Position numbers and translations under genes: made by a program. A DNA stretch of 55,039 nt, filler included, from Squatina squatina (Eukaryota): assembly GCA_031763465.1 (NCBI GenBank). It is 4 parts of 4 records of this genome, joined end to end, with 100 filler letters (N's around TTAATTAATTAA, not from the genome) between each part and the next. Parts side by side here need not be neighbours in the genome. Positions count along the whole stretch, not along the records: positions 13,654 to 26,045 come from JARFOE010000234.1; positions 26,146 to 42,501 come from JARFOE010000176.1; 2 more parts are not named here. One strand, given 5' to 3'. Numbering within the stretch: the stretch's first letter is position 1; each line of letters opens with the position of its first letter. The notes beneath the pieces were generated by a model. That model saw nothing but the letters and a program-made list of their open reading frames with translations, was not told the DNA's origin and searched no databases. This document shows positions 24,601 through 37,024 of this stretch, piece by piece.

Positions 24601-26045
24601 TGTAATTTTTTTGGAATGCCCCCCCCTACCCCCAGCCTAAAAGAAAATTGTGCAGAATTAGAGCCGTAGCTGTTGCCCTGCATTTTCTGCTGTGTAGCAC
24701 ACAAAAGTAAAAAGCACACGTCAGGCCAAGATGTCAGGGAGTTGACATGAAGCCCCTGTGACATTTCAGCTCGAAAGAGCAAGTGTCTCGCAACCAACTG
24801 GTCAAATATCAAATAATAGGTCAGGCAGGAAGGAGCTGAGTGCTAACCAAGGCAGTCTCTGGTAACATCTTTGACAAGCTTTTAGGTGCCTGCAATTTAT
24901 GAAGTGATTTTCAGTTGGTCATCAGTATATAGTCCCTTGTTTAATGCTTTCAATAGATCAGTTGTTGACATTGGTTAGAGTCTTTAACCCCTTAAGCGTA
25001 AGCATAAGTTTCACCAGACTTCGATGAGGAATTTGCTTCACTGAAAATAAATATTTGGACCAAGTTATTTTTTTAAAACTTATTATGAACTCTTTAAGCA
25101 ATTGAGCACAGTGCTGTTTTTGCACAATCACTGGTTGGTAACAAAATTAAATTAGTTTTTGTTTTCAGCAAGACCATTTTTATATATTGTTCTTCTCGTT
25201 GTCTGGCACAATACACAATATTCATCATCAAGTTATTGAAATATTGTGAGAAATGTTTCATGCAAAATGTTTCAATCTGCAACCAAAAATCAGTTAATCA
25301 TCACAGAAGCAGTAGTGTACAGTAAGAATATTCAATAGGAAAAATAGTTTTACATTTCTAACTGTGTCTTTCCAGATGCAGAATAAATTTCTATTGTCAC
25401 TTCATTGCCCTTTTCAATTCACGAGACAAAAAATGGCAACAAGTATGAAGTGGCAACAACAGGGCTTGGATATAGTTTTACCCGAGGGAAACATTCAAAA
25501 TGAATCATTTTGCAATAAAATCACAGTAAAATTAAGCTCCTCAGATTTTACAGACATCTGCAGCAATTTATGGATATTTTGATGACAACCACCATTCAGC
25601 TCGAGCTGGGGACACGTATCTCACTGCTACAAAAAGGGAGGCTCAATGTGTATGAAAGTTTTGTCTGTCAGATATATATTTAAGGTGAACAGCGATTCGT
25701 GAGAAAGAATTGTAGACTCACAAAAGCATCATTAAGTGGTAGAAGTGAGTGTTTTTCCCACCTTTGTCTTTGCCATTCCCTGGACTGATGGAGAATATCC
25801 AAGTATCCTTTATAAACTAAATTGCATACACACCTTCCTTGCTAGATCATCACCAAACATGATCCCATCCCATCCCCCTGGATTGGCGAGCTTACCAAAG
25901 GTACCAGAGAGCAGAGGTACATACCCAGTATTAGACTAGGAATTAGACACATTCCAATAAACCACCAGCAGTTTGAAAAAAATAACCACCCTGTGTTGCT
26001 GTGGCTCTAGAATAAATTGTAGCTATTCTCTGGAAACTACCACGG

Positions 26046-26145
26046 NNNNNNNNNNNNNNNNNNNNNNNNNNNNNNNNNNNNNNNNNNNNTTAATTAATTA
26101 ANNNNNNNNNNNNNNNNNNNNNNNNNNNNNNNNNNNNNNNNNNNN
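26046..26145. other. Artificial scaffold linker
   Basis: N run with TTAATTAATTAA at 26090-26101. Confidence 0.97.
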
Positions 26146-27610
26146 ATGCCATCGCAATATATAGCTACATATACATTAAAGATTTTTTTAAATCACATTA
26201 AAGGAAAGAGACGGAATAAGTCCAGGTGAATGTGCTTTGGTGGTAGCCAGTTGTACAGTTAACCCCTTGCTGTGTGTATGAGTCTGATAATGTTACCTTC
26301 CAAAATGCTTTTAGCCAGGAGGCTGGGAGTCCGAGGGTAACGCTGGTGAGATGCTCTGCGGACTGAGGCTGTGCATTCCTTGCCACTCGCACCTTTCTTC
26401 ACCTTTTGAGACCAGGAATTACTTAATTAATCCCTCCTATAAATCACCTTATAAAACTCTAATGTTATACAAAACAGTGCATGCACCACCGTCCGAACAT
26501 CACCACGCCCTAATTATCTATTTGGTCGCTCTGGAACAAACCTTGGACTGTGAAATAAACCAACAACTTCCTATTCATTTGCTAAAAGTCTAGTTAATCG
26601 TCTGTAGTGGTCTTTTACTGACTATTCGTCTGTTGAACCCTTTATGATTTGATCAAACCGGATTTAAATTGCTCCCACTGTAAACGGCAGTTTAAAGGTT
26701 TGTTTTCCACAATACTTTATACAGATTTGAAGTTGGCCGCGCTTTAAATCGAGGTACCAGTGGATTTATAGTTTGTTTTTCAAAAATCGGCACCTGTACT
26801 GTTTCTGGAGCTAAGTATAATTGGAAATCTAATTCAATTTGTTCTGAGTGGAGTGAGGTACTGGTGCTAGAAGTTTACATTAGCTAAATAAAAGGATCTT
26901 TATTTCATTTATTATCAGAGTACAAAACATTTCAAAGGCATTAAGCCGTCGACTTCATCTTATTTCCTGAAGAAGTTAGCATTAATTATATATGCAATAA
27001 CTATAAAAAATTTAATTGTGAATATTAGGAAATGATTTATTCTGTTGACACAACCTATATAACTCCAGGAGCACAACAGGGTGAATAAAACACAGGTGTA
27101 ATTTGTAAAGTTAACTTGCTTATTACAGACCTGGCTTCGGAACAAAAATCTTATTAAATTGGTGCAGTAAGGTAAGTTTTAAACCTTGTCTCTGTCACAG
27201 CATGCCGGTGTTTAAACTGTCCTTGTGCATTTTAATAAAAGTTTTCCCATGATGAGACCTAAAGATCAGTGTTCAGCAACATTGAGTTCGTTCTCTGAGA
27301 TCAGCTGTTATGCTAGACTTCCTCACAACCTGTCCCGACCCCATTAAACCCATTCCAAAATTGCTAACATCACCTGCAAATGTTAAGTGACTTTATTTAA
27401 AAAGCCGAATTATCAACTTGCTGACAATTGAATCTGTTACAGTCTATCTTTATATGTTACTTGACTAGCTATTTTCGGGTACAATTCGCATTTGAAAAAA
27501 AATCCTAAATATATAATTAATCATGGGTGAGAAAGTCCAACAGAAATACTTATTAATATTGCTGATGGCCGAATACTCTTGGACCCCTGAATTAAAATGT
27601 GGAGTCTCAC

Positions 27611-27860
27611 CTCGGTGGCTTGCTGTCTCCTCAGAGCTACCTGGGCTGCCATCACCCTTTGCCTCTCCACCACCAGCAGACAGTTGGTGCACTGACAGTC
27701 TCTCCAACGACAGAACCTCTTGTGTCCTTGCAGACAGGAGACAACGCCGTGGTTCCTGCAGCGAGCGCACTTGGGGCTCCTGGCCAGCCTCCGCTGCTCC
27801 GGGGCCGGCTTCTTTGCCTTCTTGTCCCCATTAATCATCCTCTCCTCTTCCTCCTCCCAC
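27611..27860 (-). CDS. DMRT2: DMRT2-type DM-domain coding segment (dmrt2b-like); 5' boundary uncertain because it abuts a LINE fragment
   Basis: [61 protein letters not shown] is the DMRT2 DM signature; donor GAG|GTGAGA directly after QQATE. Confidence 0.88.
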
Positions 27861-27889
27861 CTTAGGAAAGCCTCCTGCTTCAAAGTGCC

Positions 27890-28226
27890 ATGGTACATTG
27901 TACCTGTTGGATAGGATCAGTTTCTGTGGATCCTCATTCTCTTTCTTACCTGGGTTCCCGTTATTCTGCACACTATTGGTCACACCAATCCCGTTCTGAG
28001 CCTGCACCTCTCTATGAAGTATGACTGAGGTCTGGAGCAAACTGTCCAGATACTCCTCCCTCTCCCTTATGTGTCGGAGTGTCTCCAACTCGCACTCCAG
28101 CTCAATGACTCTGAGCCAGAGAGATTCGAGATGGAGACATCTACTGCAGATGCGTTCGCTTAGGACTGTCTTGCCGTCCACAAATTCCCACATACTGCAG
28201 TTCAGACACACAACCTGCTCTGCCAT
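27890..28226 (-). mobile_element. CR1 LINE ORF1 N-terminal fragment (zinc finger / leucine zipper); probable 5' UTR extends toward 28462
   Basis: MAEQVVCLNCSMWE...ICSRCLHLESLWLRVIELECELETLRHIREREEYLD...LSNRY is the recalled CR1 ORF1 pattern. Confidence 0.8.
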
Positions 28227-28562
28227 ATCTTCGTTGAACCTTTTATATATTTAATTAGTTAAAATCTTTATTCAACGATTATATATAGTTATCAGAATAT
28301 TATATTAATACTTTTTAGCTCAGAAGAGACAGGACAGAATAGGGGAGGAATGGGAAGAGTAGGGGAGGGGGGTAAATAAATATATAATTCAGAGGACTGC
28401 AGATTAGCACAGAAAAAAATAATTTAGAGCGGCGCCTCTGTTGGGATGCTTCTTGCATTAATNNNNNNNNNNNNNNNNNNNNNNNNNNNNNNNNNNNNNN
28501 NNNNNNNNNNNNNNNNNNNNNNNNNNNNNNNNNNNNNNNNNNNNNNNNNNNNNNNNNNNNNN

Positions 28563-28704
28563 CCCCTTTTTCTTCTTCCTCTACACACCCCAGCCTATCG
28601 TCTTGGGAAAGGCAGTTCTCTAAACTTTCCACATCGATTTCCTCCTCGTACATCCCATTTGATTGCTCGAACAGCGAGTCCGCCTCAGAAGATTGAGCAG
28701 ACAT
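28563..28704 (-). CDS. DMRT2: N-terminus of a DMRT2-type protein, truncated by gap
   Basis: MSAQSSEADSLFEQSNGMYEEEIDVESLENCLSQDDRLGCVEEEEKG contains the DMRT2 N-terminal EIDVESLE motif; same strand as, and upstream of, the DM segment. Confidence 0.72.
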
Positions 28705-30084
28705 CTGGAGCACGCCGGCTGCTGACGCTGGAAAGAATGTCGACACTTTCGGGAAGTATTACAACTGTCGGTTTTCGTGGTTGTCAGCGCTGTGCTGTAC
28801 TTGGCCTCAAATGGTAGCTGGACGTTGAGTGGCAGGAAGAATCTACTTCTAACTCCGACCTCGCCAGGAGTTCCTCGCCTCCACCTCTTATTCCTGGGCT
28901 AAAGCGACGCAACACTATACAGTGACCGACCTCCCTGGCCCACGTATACCTGTCTCTCCAGACTTATCTCTTACGTCTATCGCTGCATTTAACGAACCTT
29001 CCTTGCATTTACCACCCTGAGTAACTTAACCACTCGCAACGTCACCGAGAACCTTGCCATCAGCAGACTTAACTCCTAGGGTGCTGGAGTTCATTTTGCA
29101 CCTTCAAACAATCCGATTGTCATACAAAGCCCACATATTAGAAGCTACGATTTTCCTAAGTGAGCTCTTAGAATCATCTCGAGTTTAAGTCCACTGGGCT
29201 CTGCTTCTGCTCTGTTTCCCATCTTTGAAAAAAATGAATAAAGTTCTTTAAAAAATAAAGATATTGGAGCATGAAAATACCAAAACATTGCTACAGCACT
29301 TGCTGAAATTAAACTTACACAGCTTCCATCGTGTAGTTTCACAGTGGTTTACTAAGATGCATGTTACATTTTAAATATGAGTTACTAATTGTGTGATTAA
29401 TTAAATCACGCCCTGATATTGGAACACTTGTATCTCCCAAAAGGTTGGGATTCGGAAGCTACGAAGAGATCCAAATCACAGGATGAGACATTCAACCGTA
29501 TCTAACAGGCTTCACGTGAACTCTGAAAAGCTTCACTGAAATTGTTTAATAATTGCTGTCTCCTTTTAAGTATTCACTTAGCTCGTGTCCCTTCACTTTG
29601 CTGCTCGCGCGGCGTGAATAAATCCTGCTCTGTGAATTTCATTTTAATTTAATTGGGCAAGACCTGAAAAATTTAAAGACAAAATATCGTAGTCTGGATC
29701 GCTGTAAATAAACTCTTCGCTAACCACTGTAGCAGTTAGCAGTGGTTTAAAAATAACAGCAGCACTGTTCGGGCTGATCGGATTCCTGAATATTACAACA
29801 CACAGTGCTGGCTCACTCACTCCACCACAATGCTTCTCTCCCTACACACATACTGAATTGGTAAATTTGCCATTGTCTTGACTTAATAAGACGGTGATCC
29901 ATACCTGATCTTTAGTTATTGTGTCTTTTTTAAAAGGTTTGGTAACGACCATGCAGATTATGTTTCATTTTATTTTTGTCCGTTTTAAATTTTGTCCCCA
30001 TATAAACTACGAAAGAGAAACTTTACTCAATATTTATGTATGGAGGATTATCGTGTAATCGACGGCCCTTTAATTCTCTTGATA

Positions 30085-30252
30085 CAAACGCGCGCATACC
30101 CACACAACAGTTCTACACACAAAACATTCCTACACATCGATATACACGCAGAGACGCACACACATACGCAGATACACAGATTCAAATACACACTCAGACA
30201 CACACAAACAAGCACACTAATACAGATGTACAAATATACACAAACACACGTG
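30085..30252 (+). repeat. Degenerate CA-rich microsatellite
   Basis: acacacatacgcagatacacaga-type low-complexity run adjoining a gap. Confidence 0.8.
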
Positions 30253-31321
30253 NNNNNNNNNNNNNNNNNNNNNNNNNNNNNNNNNNNNNNNNNNNNNNNN
30301 NNNNNNNNNNNNNNNNNNNNNNNNNNNNNNNNNNNNNNNNNNNNNNNNNNNNGTGAAGGTGAGGAGGCATAACGGGGGCTACTAACCTCTTAATGTCATT
30401 GATTCCCGATTCAATTGTGCATTTGGCTGTAACAAAACATTTAGGAAAGATTTGTTCAATAAACAAGTATTTCAAATGCTTGGCATGCGCGGTTGCAGCG
30501 TTTGGTTTAAAGTAAGCTGAACAAATGAGAGATTTTCCAGAGTTTGTGCCCAGGCTTGCCAGGGCAGCAGGACTATCGGGAAATCGACCGGGTGGACGGT
30601 GCAAAGGAACCCGCCTGATTTTCCGATCCAATGCACCCGGCCGCAGATTTTGGAAACATCTCCCTTCTAATATCCCTGCAGGGAAGCAAAACTATTCCAT
30701 GTTGTAGTCTCCCACGTTAACAATTTCCCCATCATTGGAATGGATGCAAGTCTCAGGATAACACAGAATACAGTACCCTTCCCAATTCTTAGAATAGATG
30801 CAACAAGCTGAAGAACATAAATTACGTCGAGGTTTTAAGTTGCCCCCCCACATGACAGTAACTGCGTTTCAAAGTCTAACTCCTTGGATGTGAGACTTTT
30901 GGAAGGTCCTGATAATGCGCAGTACCAATGCCAGCATGTTTTTTTTTAATCAGAGGAGGTGATAGTTGAAAAGACTTCAATAATAGAATGTATTACTCAC
31001 TCTGCCAACAAACGCGGCAAAAAAAATCAACTTTTGTTTAAATTCCGAGTGAGAGGCCACGAATGTTGTGTACAACAATCTGGTGCGGCGCAGTGTCTCA
31101 CACGAAGGGTTAAAGTCGAACACTCCTGGCGGCTGATACTGGGCCACTATACTGTTGTAATCATTGAATATTACTGTATTGCGAAAGTGCAAAGACTCCT
31201 CAGTTGTTAAAGGATCTTTTATATAAGCCCTTGCCTTGTAATTGTAGGCTGTTCGAATACACCGAGCTATGAAAAGCCTTGAAGCATTTCTGACCTGTGC
31301 TGAAATCCAATATTTCCTTAC

Positions 31322-31718
31322 CCGGTTGCTGAAGTGGGAGCGAGTCCGCAGGCGCCGTCTCCTCCGGGCTGTTTCCGCCTCCACCTGCTGAGCACAGTCT
31401 ATCCGGAGGGGCCGAGTCCTCGAGTGTCTCGGGGGCTGGATACATGGCTCTGTAATCCCCGGGAAGGACCAGATTGCAAGGATTCTCGTTGCTTTGCTGC
31501 CTCCTGAGGGCCACCTGCGCGGCCATGACCCGCTGTCTTTCCAGGATGAGGATGCACTTGTCACAAGTGCAATCTTTGAAGCGGCAGTAGCGTTTGTGCC
31601 CCTTCAACCAGGACAACACCCCGTGGTTCCGACACCGAGCGCACTTGGGAGTTCTCGGAGAAGGTGCTCGGGAAGACGCGCTGGGTATGTACAGGTACGG
31701 TGGGCCATAGCTATTCAT
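31322..31718 (-). CDS. DMRT3: DMRT3-like first coding exon with complete DM domain (divergent; candidate paralog)
   Basis: [10 protein letters not shown]...[54 protein letters not shown]; [20 protein letters not shown] is DMRT3-diagnostic; phase-1 donor G|GTAAGG. Confidence 0.9.
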
Positions 31719-31900
31719 GCTAAGAATGCACTGTACAGTTGGGAGTTCTGTATTTTTGCAACACAAGGCTCGATTTTCTCTACTACCTTTTTTAGAAAAT
31801 TAAAATTATATTCAAGCAAAAAGTAAAGCCCTGAAGCAAGCGCGAGCCTGATCCAGGACTAAGTGCGGTTCATGCATATCCCGGCCCAACCGCCTCGGTG

Positions 31901-31906
31901 TTTATA
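31901..31906 (-). promoter_or_regulatory. Candidate TATA box of the DMRT3-like gene
   Basis: TATAAA on the minus strand about 185 bp upstream of the ATG, followed by a GC-rich stretch. Confidence 0.4.
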
Positions 31907-33559
31907 AGCAGTTATTTCAAGTCACTCAACTGGANNNNNNNNNNNNNNNNNNNNNNNNNNNNNNNNNNNNNNNNNNNNNNNNNNNNNNNNNNNNNNNNNN
32001 NNNNNNNNNNNNNNNNNNNNNNNNNNNNNNNNNNTTCCACTCATGGTGTGCATTACAAGTTATTCAACTCTCTATAATCATCATAGATATAATAAAAATT
32101 AAGTAGAAGAAAAAAATTCAGTGGAAATCAAGTCTATTTCTCTAAATGCTGACAGTAAATAAAATTTAGAGACTGTTAAAAATTTCATTGGTTAACACTA
32201 GGTATTCTCTCAGGCCCAGTGTTATTAACTCCCAGTAGCCAATCTCTGCAATCTGAAGCACACCTTTACTGCTTAATATCTAGTTAAATATGACCTGGTG
32301 ATCATAAGATAGGCCTCATCACGTGTGGTGGATTTCACACATGTCACCATGTACATTCCACAGTCCCTTTAGAAGGAGGACTGAAAAACACACTAGTGAG
32401 AAAAGGTTGACTGTAAACCAACAAACTCGTTTAATACACGAATGAACAGAATACAGTTTTCCAGCAAAATACATCTGTCACCGCTCATTGTGTCACAATA
32501 ATAATACAAATACAAGTCTGAGCCACCGTGCTTGGCAGAATCTTTACAAATTATTTGTCTCTAAGCTAACTGGTCCGGCTTCCTGTGTTACAGACTGTAC
32601 ACATTCATATCTAGGTCTGCAGCCTCTCAGTTTCACTGATTCTCAAGCGTCAGTCAGTGAGTGCAAGAGAGAACAAAAGGAGAGAGTGAGCAAAGGAGGA
32701 TGTGAAAGACATTCCACTGATCCCCTCCCTTAGTGTGTGTGTTGAAGAGTGGCCCTGCTGAGCTGCCAAAGTTACCACCTTGAATGAAATGTAGCCCCCT
32801 TACTGAGGGGGCTTGAGGCAGCTTCATGCCCTGTCCAGTCAAGCCTTCTGCCGGGCACGTGCAATGAAATCCTATTCTATCATAGTGGCAAGGGAGACTT
32901 CAACAAACCTCATCGTCTCAAACCCTAATGTGAAATGAGAAAGTGAACAGCCTATGGTGGCTGCTGTGTCTGGTATTCTACCTTCGGAGGCAGCCACCAG
33001 TGAAGTCCTATGGAATGTACTCGGTGACTTCCCACTGATTGCAAAACATCCCAACTGGCTCTAAATATTTGGTTAAAAATGCTCCATCTCAGGGAGTTAG
33101 CCCTTTTGTGATGCTGAATCAAATCTGAATGAAATAAAAATCTCTTCCAGGCCATCGGGCTAAAAATCCCAAAACCTTACAGCACCATTACATGTTTTGG
33201 GGTTTCTTTCAGGCCTCTGCGTTTCATACTACTCTTGTAGGTGTGCTGTAGCTCCCCACGTCCCAGAGTGTTTACACTGGCCCAGATATCTAGGCACATG
33301 TGTCGTGCGTGTCGCTAGAGCTCTTCACTTTATTTCAGCTATTGGTTTCATGGTGTGATTCGGTTTGTCTTTGGAATGTGGTAGAATAGTGCTGCACCAG
33401 GCCGACACTAGTTTCAGTCTGGAAATTAACCAACAGTAAAAGATTAGCAGGCAAATGGTGATGCAACAAATATTTGTTACAGTCAGTGTTGGACTTTGCC
33501 AGTGCTTTGTGTATATTAGTTTGCAACTTTTTAAACTATGATATGAGGAACAGTCTTGC

Positions 33560-33877
33560 ATTACAGTTTTAAAGGGGTGCAGGAACAGAGAAACCTGGGG
33601 GTTAACATACACAAATCTTTGAAGGTGGCAGGACAAGTTTATAAAGGCTGTTTTAAAAAAAACTTACGGGATCCTTGGCTTTATAAACAGAGGCATAAAC
33701 TACAAAAGGTAAGGAAGTTTTGCTAAATCTTTATAAACCACTGGTTAGGCCCCAGCTGGAGTATTGTGTTCAGTTCCGGGCACCACACTTTAGGAAGGAT
33801 GAGAAGGCCTTGGAGAGGGTGCACAGGAGATTTACTAGAATGGTACCAGGAACGTGAAACTTCAGTTATGTGGAGAC
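33560..33877 (+). mobile_element. CR1 LINE ORF2 fragment (host of a nested L2 insertion)
   Basis: ctggttaggccccagctggagtattgtgttcagttc...agatttactagaatggtacca encodes LVRPQLEYCVQF and RFTRMVP. Confidence 0.85.
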
Positions 33878-34356
33878 TTCCCTCCGTAAACTTGAGGTGA
33901 TCCAAAACTCTGCTGCCCGTATCCTAACTCATACCAAGTCCCTGTGCTCACTGACCCACAGTGGCTCCCAGTTAAGCAACGCCTCGATTTTAAAATTTTC
34001 TTCCTTGTGTTCATATCCCTCCACGGCCTCGCCCCTCCCCATCTCTGTAACCTCCTCCAGCACCACAACCCTCAGATCTCTGTGCTCCTCCCCAATTTTA
34101 ATCGCTCCACCACGGGCAGCCCTGCCTTCAGCTGCGTCGGCCCCAAGCTCAGGAGTTCCCTCCCTAAACCTCTCTGCACCTCTTCTTCTTTTACGGCGCT
34201 CCTTAAAATCTTCCTTGTTGTCCAAGCTTTTGGTCACCTGCCCCAATATGTCCTTATGTGGCTCGGTATCAAGTTTTGTTTGGTAACGCTCCTGTGAAGC
34301 GCCTTGGGACGTTCAACTACATTAAAGGCGCTATATAAATACAAGCTGTTGTTGCT
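33878..34356 (+). mobile_element. 5'-truncated L2 LINE with intact 3' tail
   Basis: KLEVIQNSAARILT, WLPVKQRLDFKI..LV..SLHGLAP; tail gtgaagcgccttgggacg..ggcgctatataaatacaag followed by (tgt)n. Confidence 0.88.
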
Positions 34357-34435
34357 GAGACACCAGAAAAGCTGGGTTGTTCTCCTTACGGGCCAAATGG
34401 CCTCCTTCTGGGCTGTATGACTCTTTGATTCCATA
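34357..34435 (+). mobile_element. Resumed CR1 sequence and 3' tail
   Basis: gaaaagctgggttgttctcctta followed by gggccaaatggcctccttctg CR1 tail. Confidence 0.7.
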
Positions 34436-34829
34436 GCTTTCTCTTACCCCCATAGAGCTGTGGCTGACTACGTGTTTTCAAGGACTATACACACATTCCC
34501 AAAGTTGAAAACGACAGACTGATGAACACCTTAAGGAAACTGACCACGGCCCAATGAATTTCCACAACAGTTGCTGCTAATCAAAAAATATATTTGAACA
34601 AAGATGTTACAATTTGAATTGATTGCCTTAATTCCTCCCTTGGACAACTGCCCAGCCACAATGGTTTCTGCAATTATTGTATTCATAGAAACATAGAAAA
34701 ATAGGTGCAGGAGTNNNNNNNNNNNNNNNNNNNNNNNNNNNNNNNNNNNNNNNNNNNNNNNNNNNNNNNNNNNNNNNNNNNNNNNNNNNNNNNNNNNNNN
34801 NNNNNNNNNNNNNNCCAGGCAGATTATTG

Positions 34830-35092
34830 ACTGATGAAGGTGCAAACAGCAGGGGATGCAAGTTTAAAGAATGAAGTAGTTATCTGTAAGAAGGAAAGTC
34901 AAGTGGAACAATTTTACATAAAGGATAATAGAATTCTGGAATCTGTTACCAGGGAAGGTTGTTGCAGCAGACAATATAAATGGGCCCAATAGACAATTGG
35001 ATGTATTTCTGAGAATGGATTGAGGGATATGGTGGCTAAGTGGAATTGTGATCACTCCAATAGGAACGGATTTATTGGATTGAATGGCCTTT
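34830..35092 (+). mobile_element. Old, degraded CR1 3' fragment
   Basis: tggaatctgttaccagggaaggttgttgcagcaga ... ttggatgtatttctga ... tgaatggcct. Confidence 0.6.
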
Positions 35093-36802
35093 TACATTTT
35101 CCTAAAAAAAAGTGTTAATTTCTAACTGCTGGACGATCTTTATTCTGCCCCATACTTGCTGTATTAGGTTTGGCATTTGTTGGGATGGATTCTGATGATC
35201 TAGTTGCCCTGGTAACATAGAAGTGATTGGAAAGCCTCTGTGTAGCTGGGTTCTGCACCAGCTCTCCAAAGAGTTATACAATAGCAGGTATCTAAGAAAC
35301 ATCTTTTGAATCTGACCTTGCAACAAATGATATCAGCATTGTCTGACATGACATTACACAGCTTCCAGAGTGCGATTTGTGCAGCTATAATCCAAGCTTT
35401 CTAGTCTTCGACTGAACTGCTATTTGACACATTGATCCACAATTATTAAAAGTTTGAAATGAGGAAAAGCATGATAAAGACTGATTTGTGTTTTGCTTCA
35501 CAGGAAATGGCTGCTGTTTCTCTTTGGCATGCAGTGTTATGTTCATGATGACAAGCTTTTTTTAAAAAAAATCTTGTTTCTTTTTTTTTTCCTGAAGACA
35601 CTGACTCCTAGCTCATATGGTCACCCTTCAGGTAGCTTGCCCAAATGGCCATTTTTTTTTTTCTGTGCATTATTTCATTCGGAGAGCAGGAATCTTAGTG
35701 GACTCTTTCGCTCTTTCACTTCCCTCTGCTCCCTCCCTCCCTCCAGCCCGTCTCCAGCCCAAGGCCAAGTGCAGCACTTGTTGCACTGCTCCAGCTTATT
35801 ATCAGCAAACTGAGCACAGAACAGAGATCAAATCCATGACCTTCCTGGATGAGATTATAATTATTTTTTGCACCATAATAACTTGTAAAGACTGCTCATC
35901 TTCTTGAGAGATTTCTTTTGCACGGTATTCAAGACACACTTNNNNNNNNNNNNNNNNNNNNNNNNNNNNNNNNNNNNNNNNNNNNNNNNNNNNNNNNNNN
36001 NNNNNNNNNNNNNNNNNNNNNNNNNNNNNNNNNNNNNNNNNGTGCTCATCGTCATTTAACTATTGTTTAAACCACCTTTTAGATCCAATTCGGCAAATGA
36101 AAGCTACATTGGCTCGAAAGCTTTGTATTGCATATTCTTGATGAATTGTTACTTCAGTGGCAGTATTTGTGGTCCAGCTAAATGTTAGTGACCTAGCAGA
36201 AACAATTTTAATAAATAGTTCAGAGGCAGAATTTATAGACAACTGTATAATAGGTTCCTCCACATTTGTGTGGAATCATTTCAACTAAAGGTTGCCACCC
36301 ACCTGTGTTTCTCTAACCATATGTAGTGAAAACAGAAGAAACATTTCTGCTTCATACTCTCCCTTGCAAGCTCTTCTCTTCAAAGTGCTGAAATCAAGGC
36401 TCAGTGCTCCTACTCAACTCACTCTTTCTTGAGAGCTCAAAAGTGAGGTGCTCCTTACTTCTCTCTTCTTCTACAGTCTTGAGGGTTTTAAATCTAAAGC
36501 TTGGCAACCCCTAATCAATGGCTTTCTGATTTACCTTGTCTTCTGTTCTACTCCAGCCGTGGTTGTGTCCTGCACCATAGGCCTTAAACCTTCATTCAGG
36601 ATCTTTCATTTAAAGAAATATACATAGCATTAGTACATGTGGTGTAGTGACTGGACAAGGTGATTTAGGCTGATGCAAAACCTTTCCTTAGACGGCTTGT
36701 AGATCATGTAGACCCAAAAGAAGCCAGGCTGGAAAAGAACAGCAGAATTGCTCACTTGTGGAGCAAGTGCACTCAGAATCTTTTCTTTCCCGTGTGGTAC
36801 AG

Positions 36803-36925
36803 ATAAATTTACGTGCCCACCCGACAAGTTTGGCTGTCCCAGTAACCGATGCATCCCAATGTCGTGGCAGTGCGATGGTGAGAAGGACTGTGAAAATGGA
36901 ACTGACGAGTTGAATTGTGCAGCTG
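36803..36925 (+). CDS. LRP8: LRP8 (ApoER2) exon encoding one LDL-receptor class A repeat
   Basis: [36 protein letters not shown], six cysteines, closest to recalled LRP8 repeat 3 ([11 protein letters not shown]); tacAG and GTGAGT; 123 bp, phase 1-1. Confidence 0.85.
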
Positions 36926-37024
36926 GTGAGTGTGTAAACTACCTTCTTGCGAATTTTGGTTAAGGCTCAAACCCTAAACCCTTGCCATCAGGTTTCCCCC
37001 CCAATGTTCAGTCGAGAAATTAAC

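Noticed and set aside
27831-28226. 131-aa ORF as a novel zinc-finger gene or in-frame DMRT fusion
   Set aside because: It is a CR1 ORF1 fragment and is out of frame with the DM domain, ending at TAA 27831-27833.
30977-31564. 195-aa minus-strand ORF
   Set aside because: Alternative frame overlapping the GC-rich DMRT3-like exon and its intron.
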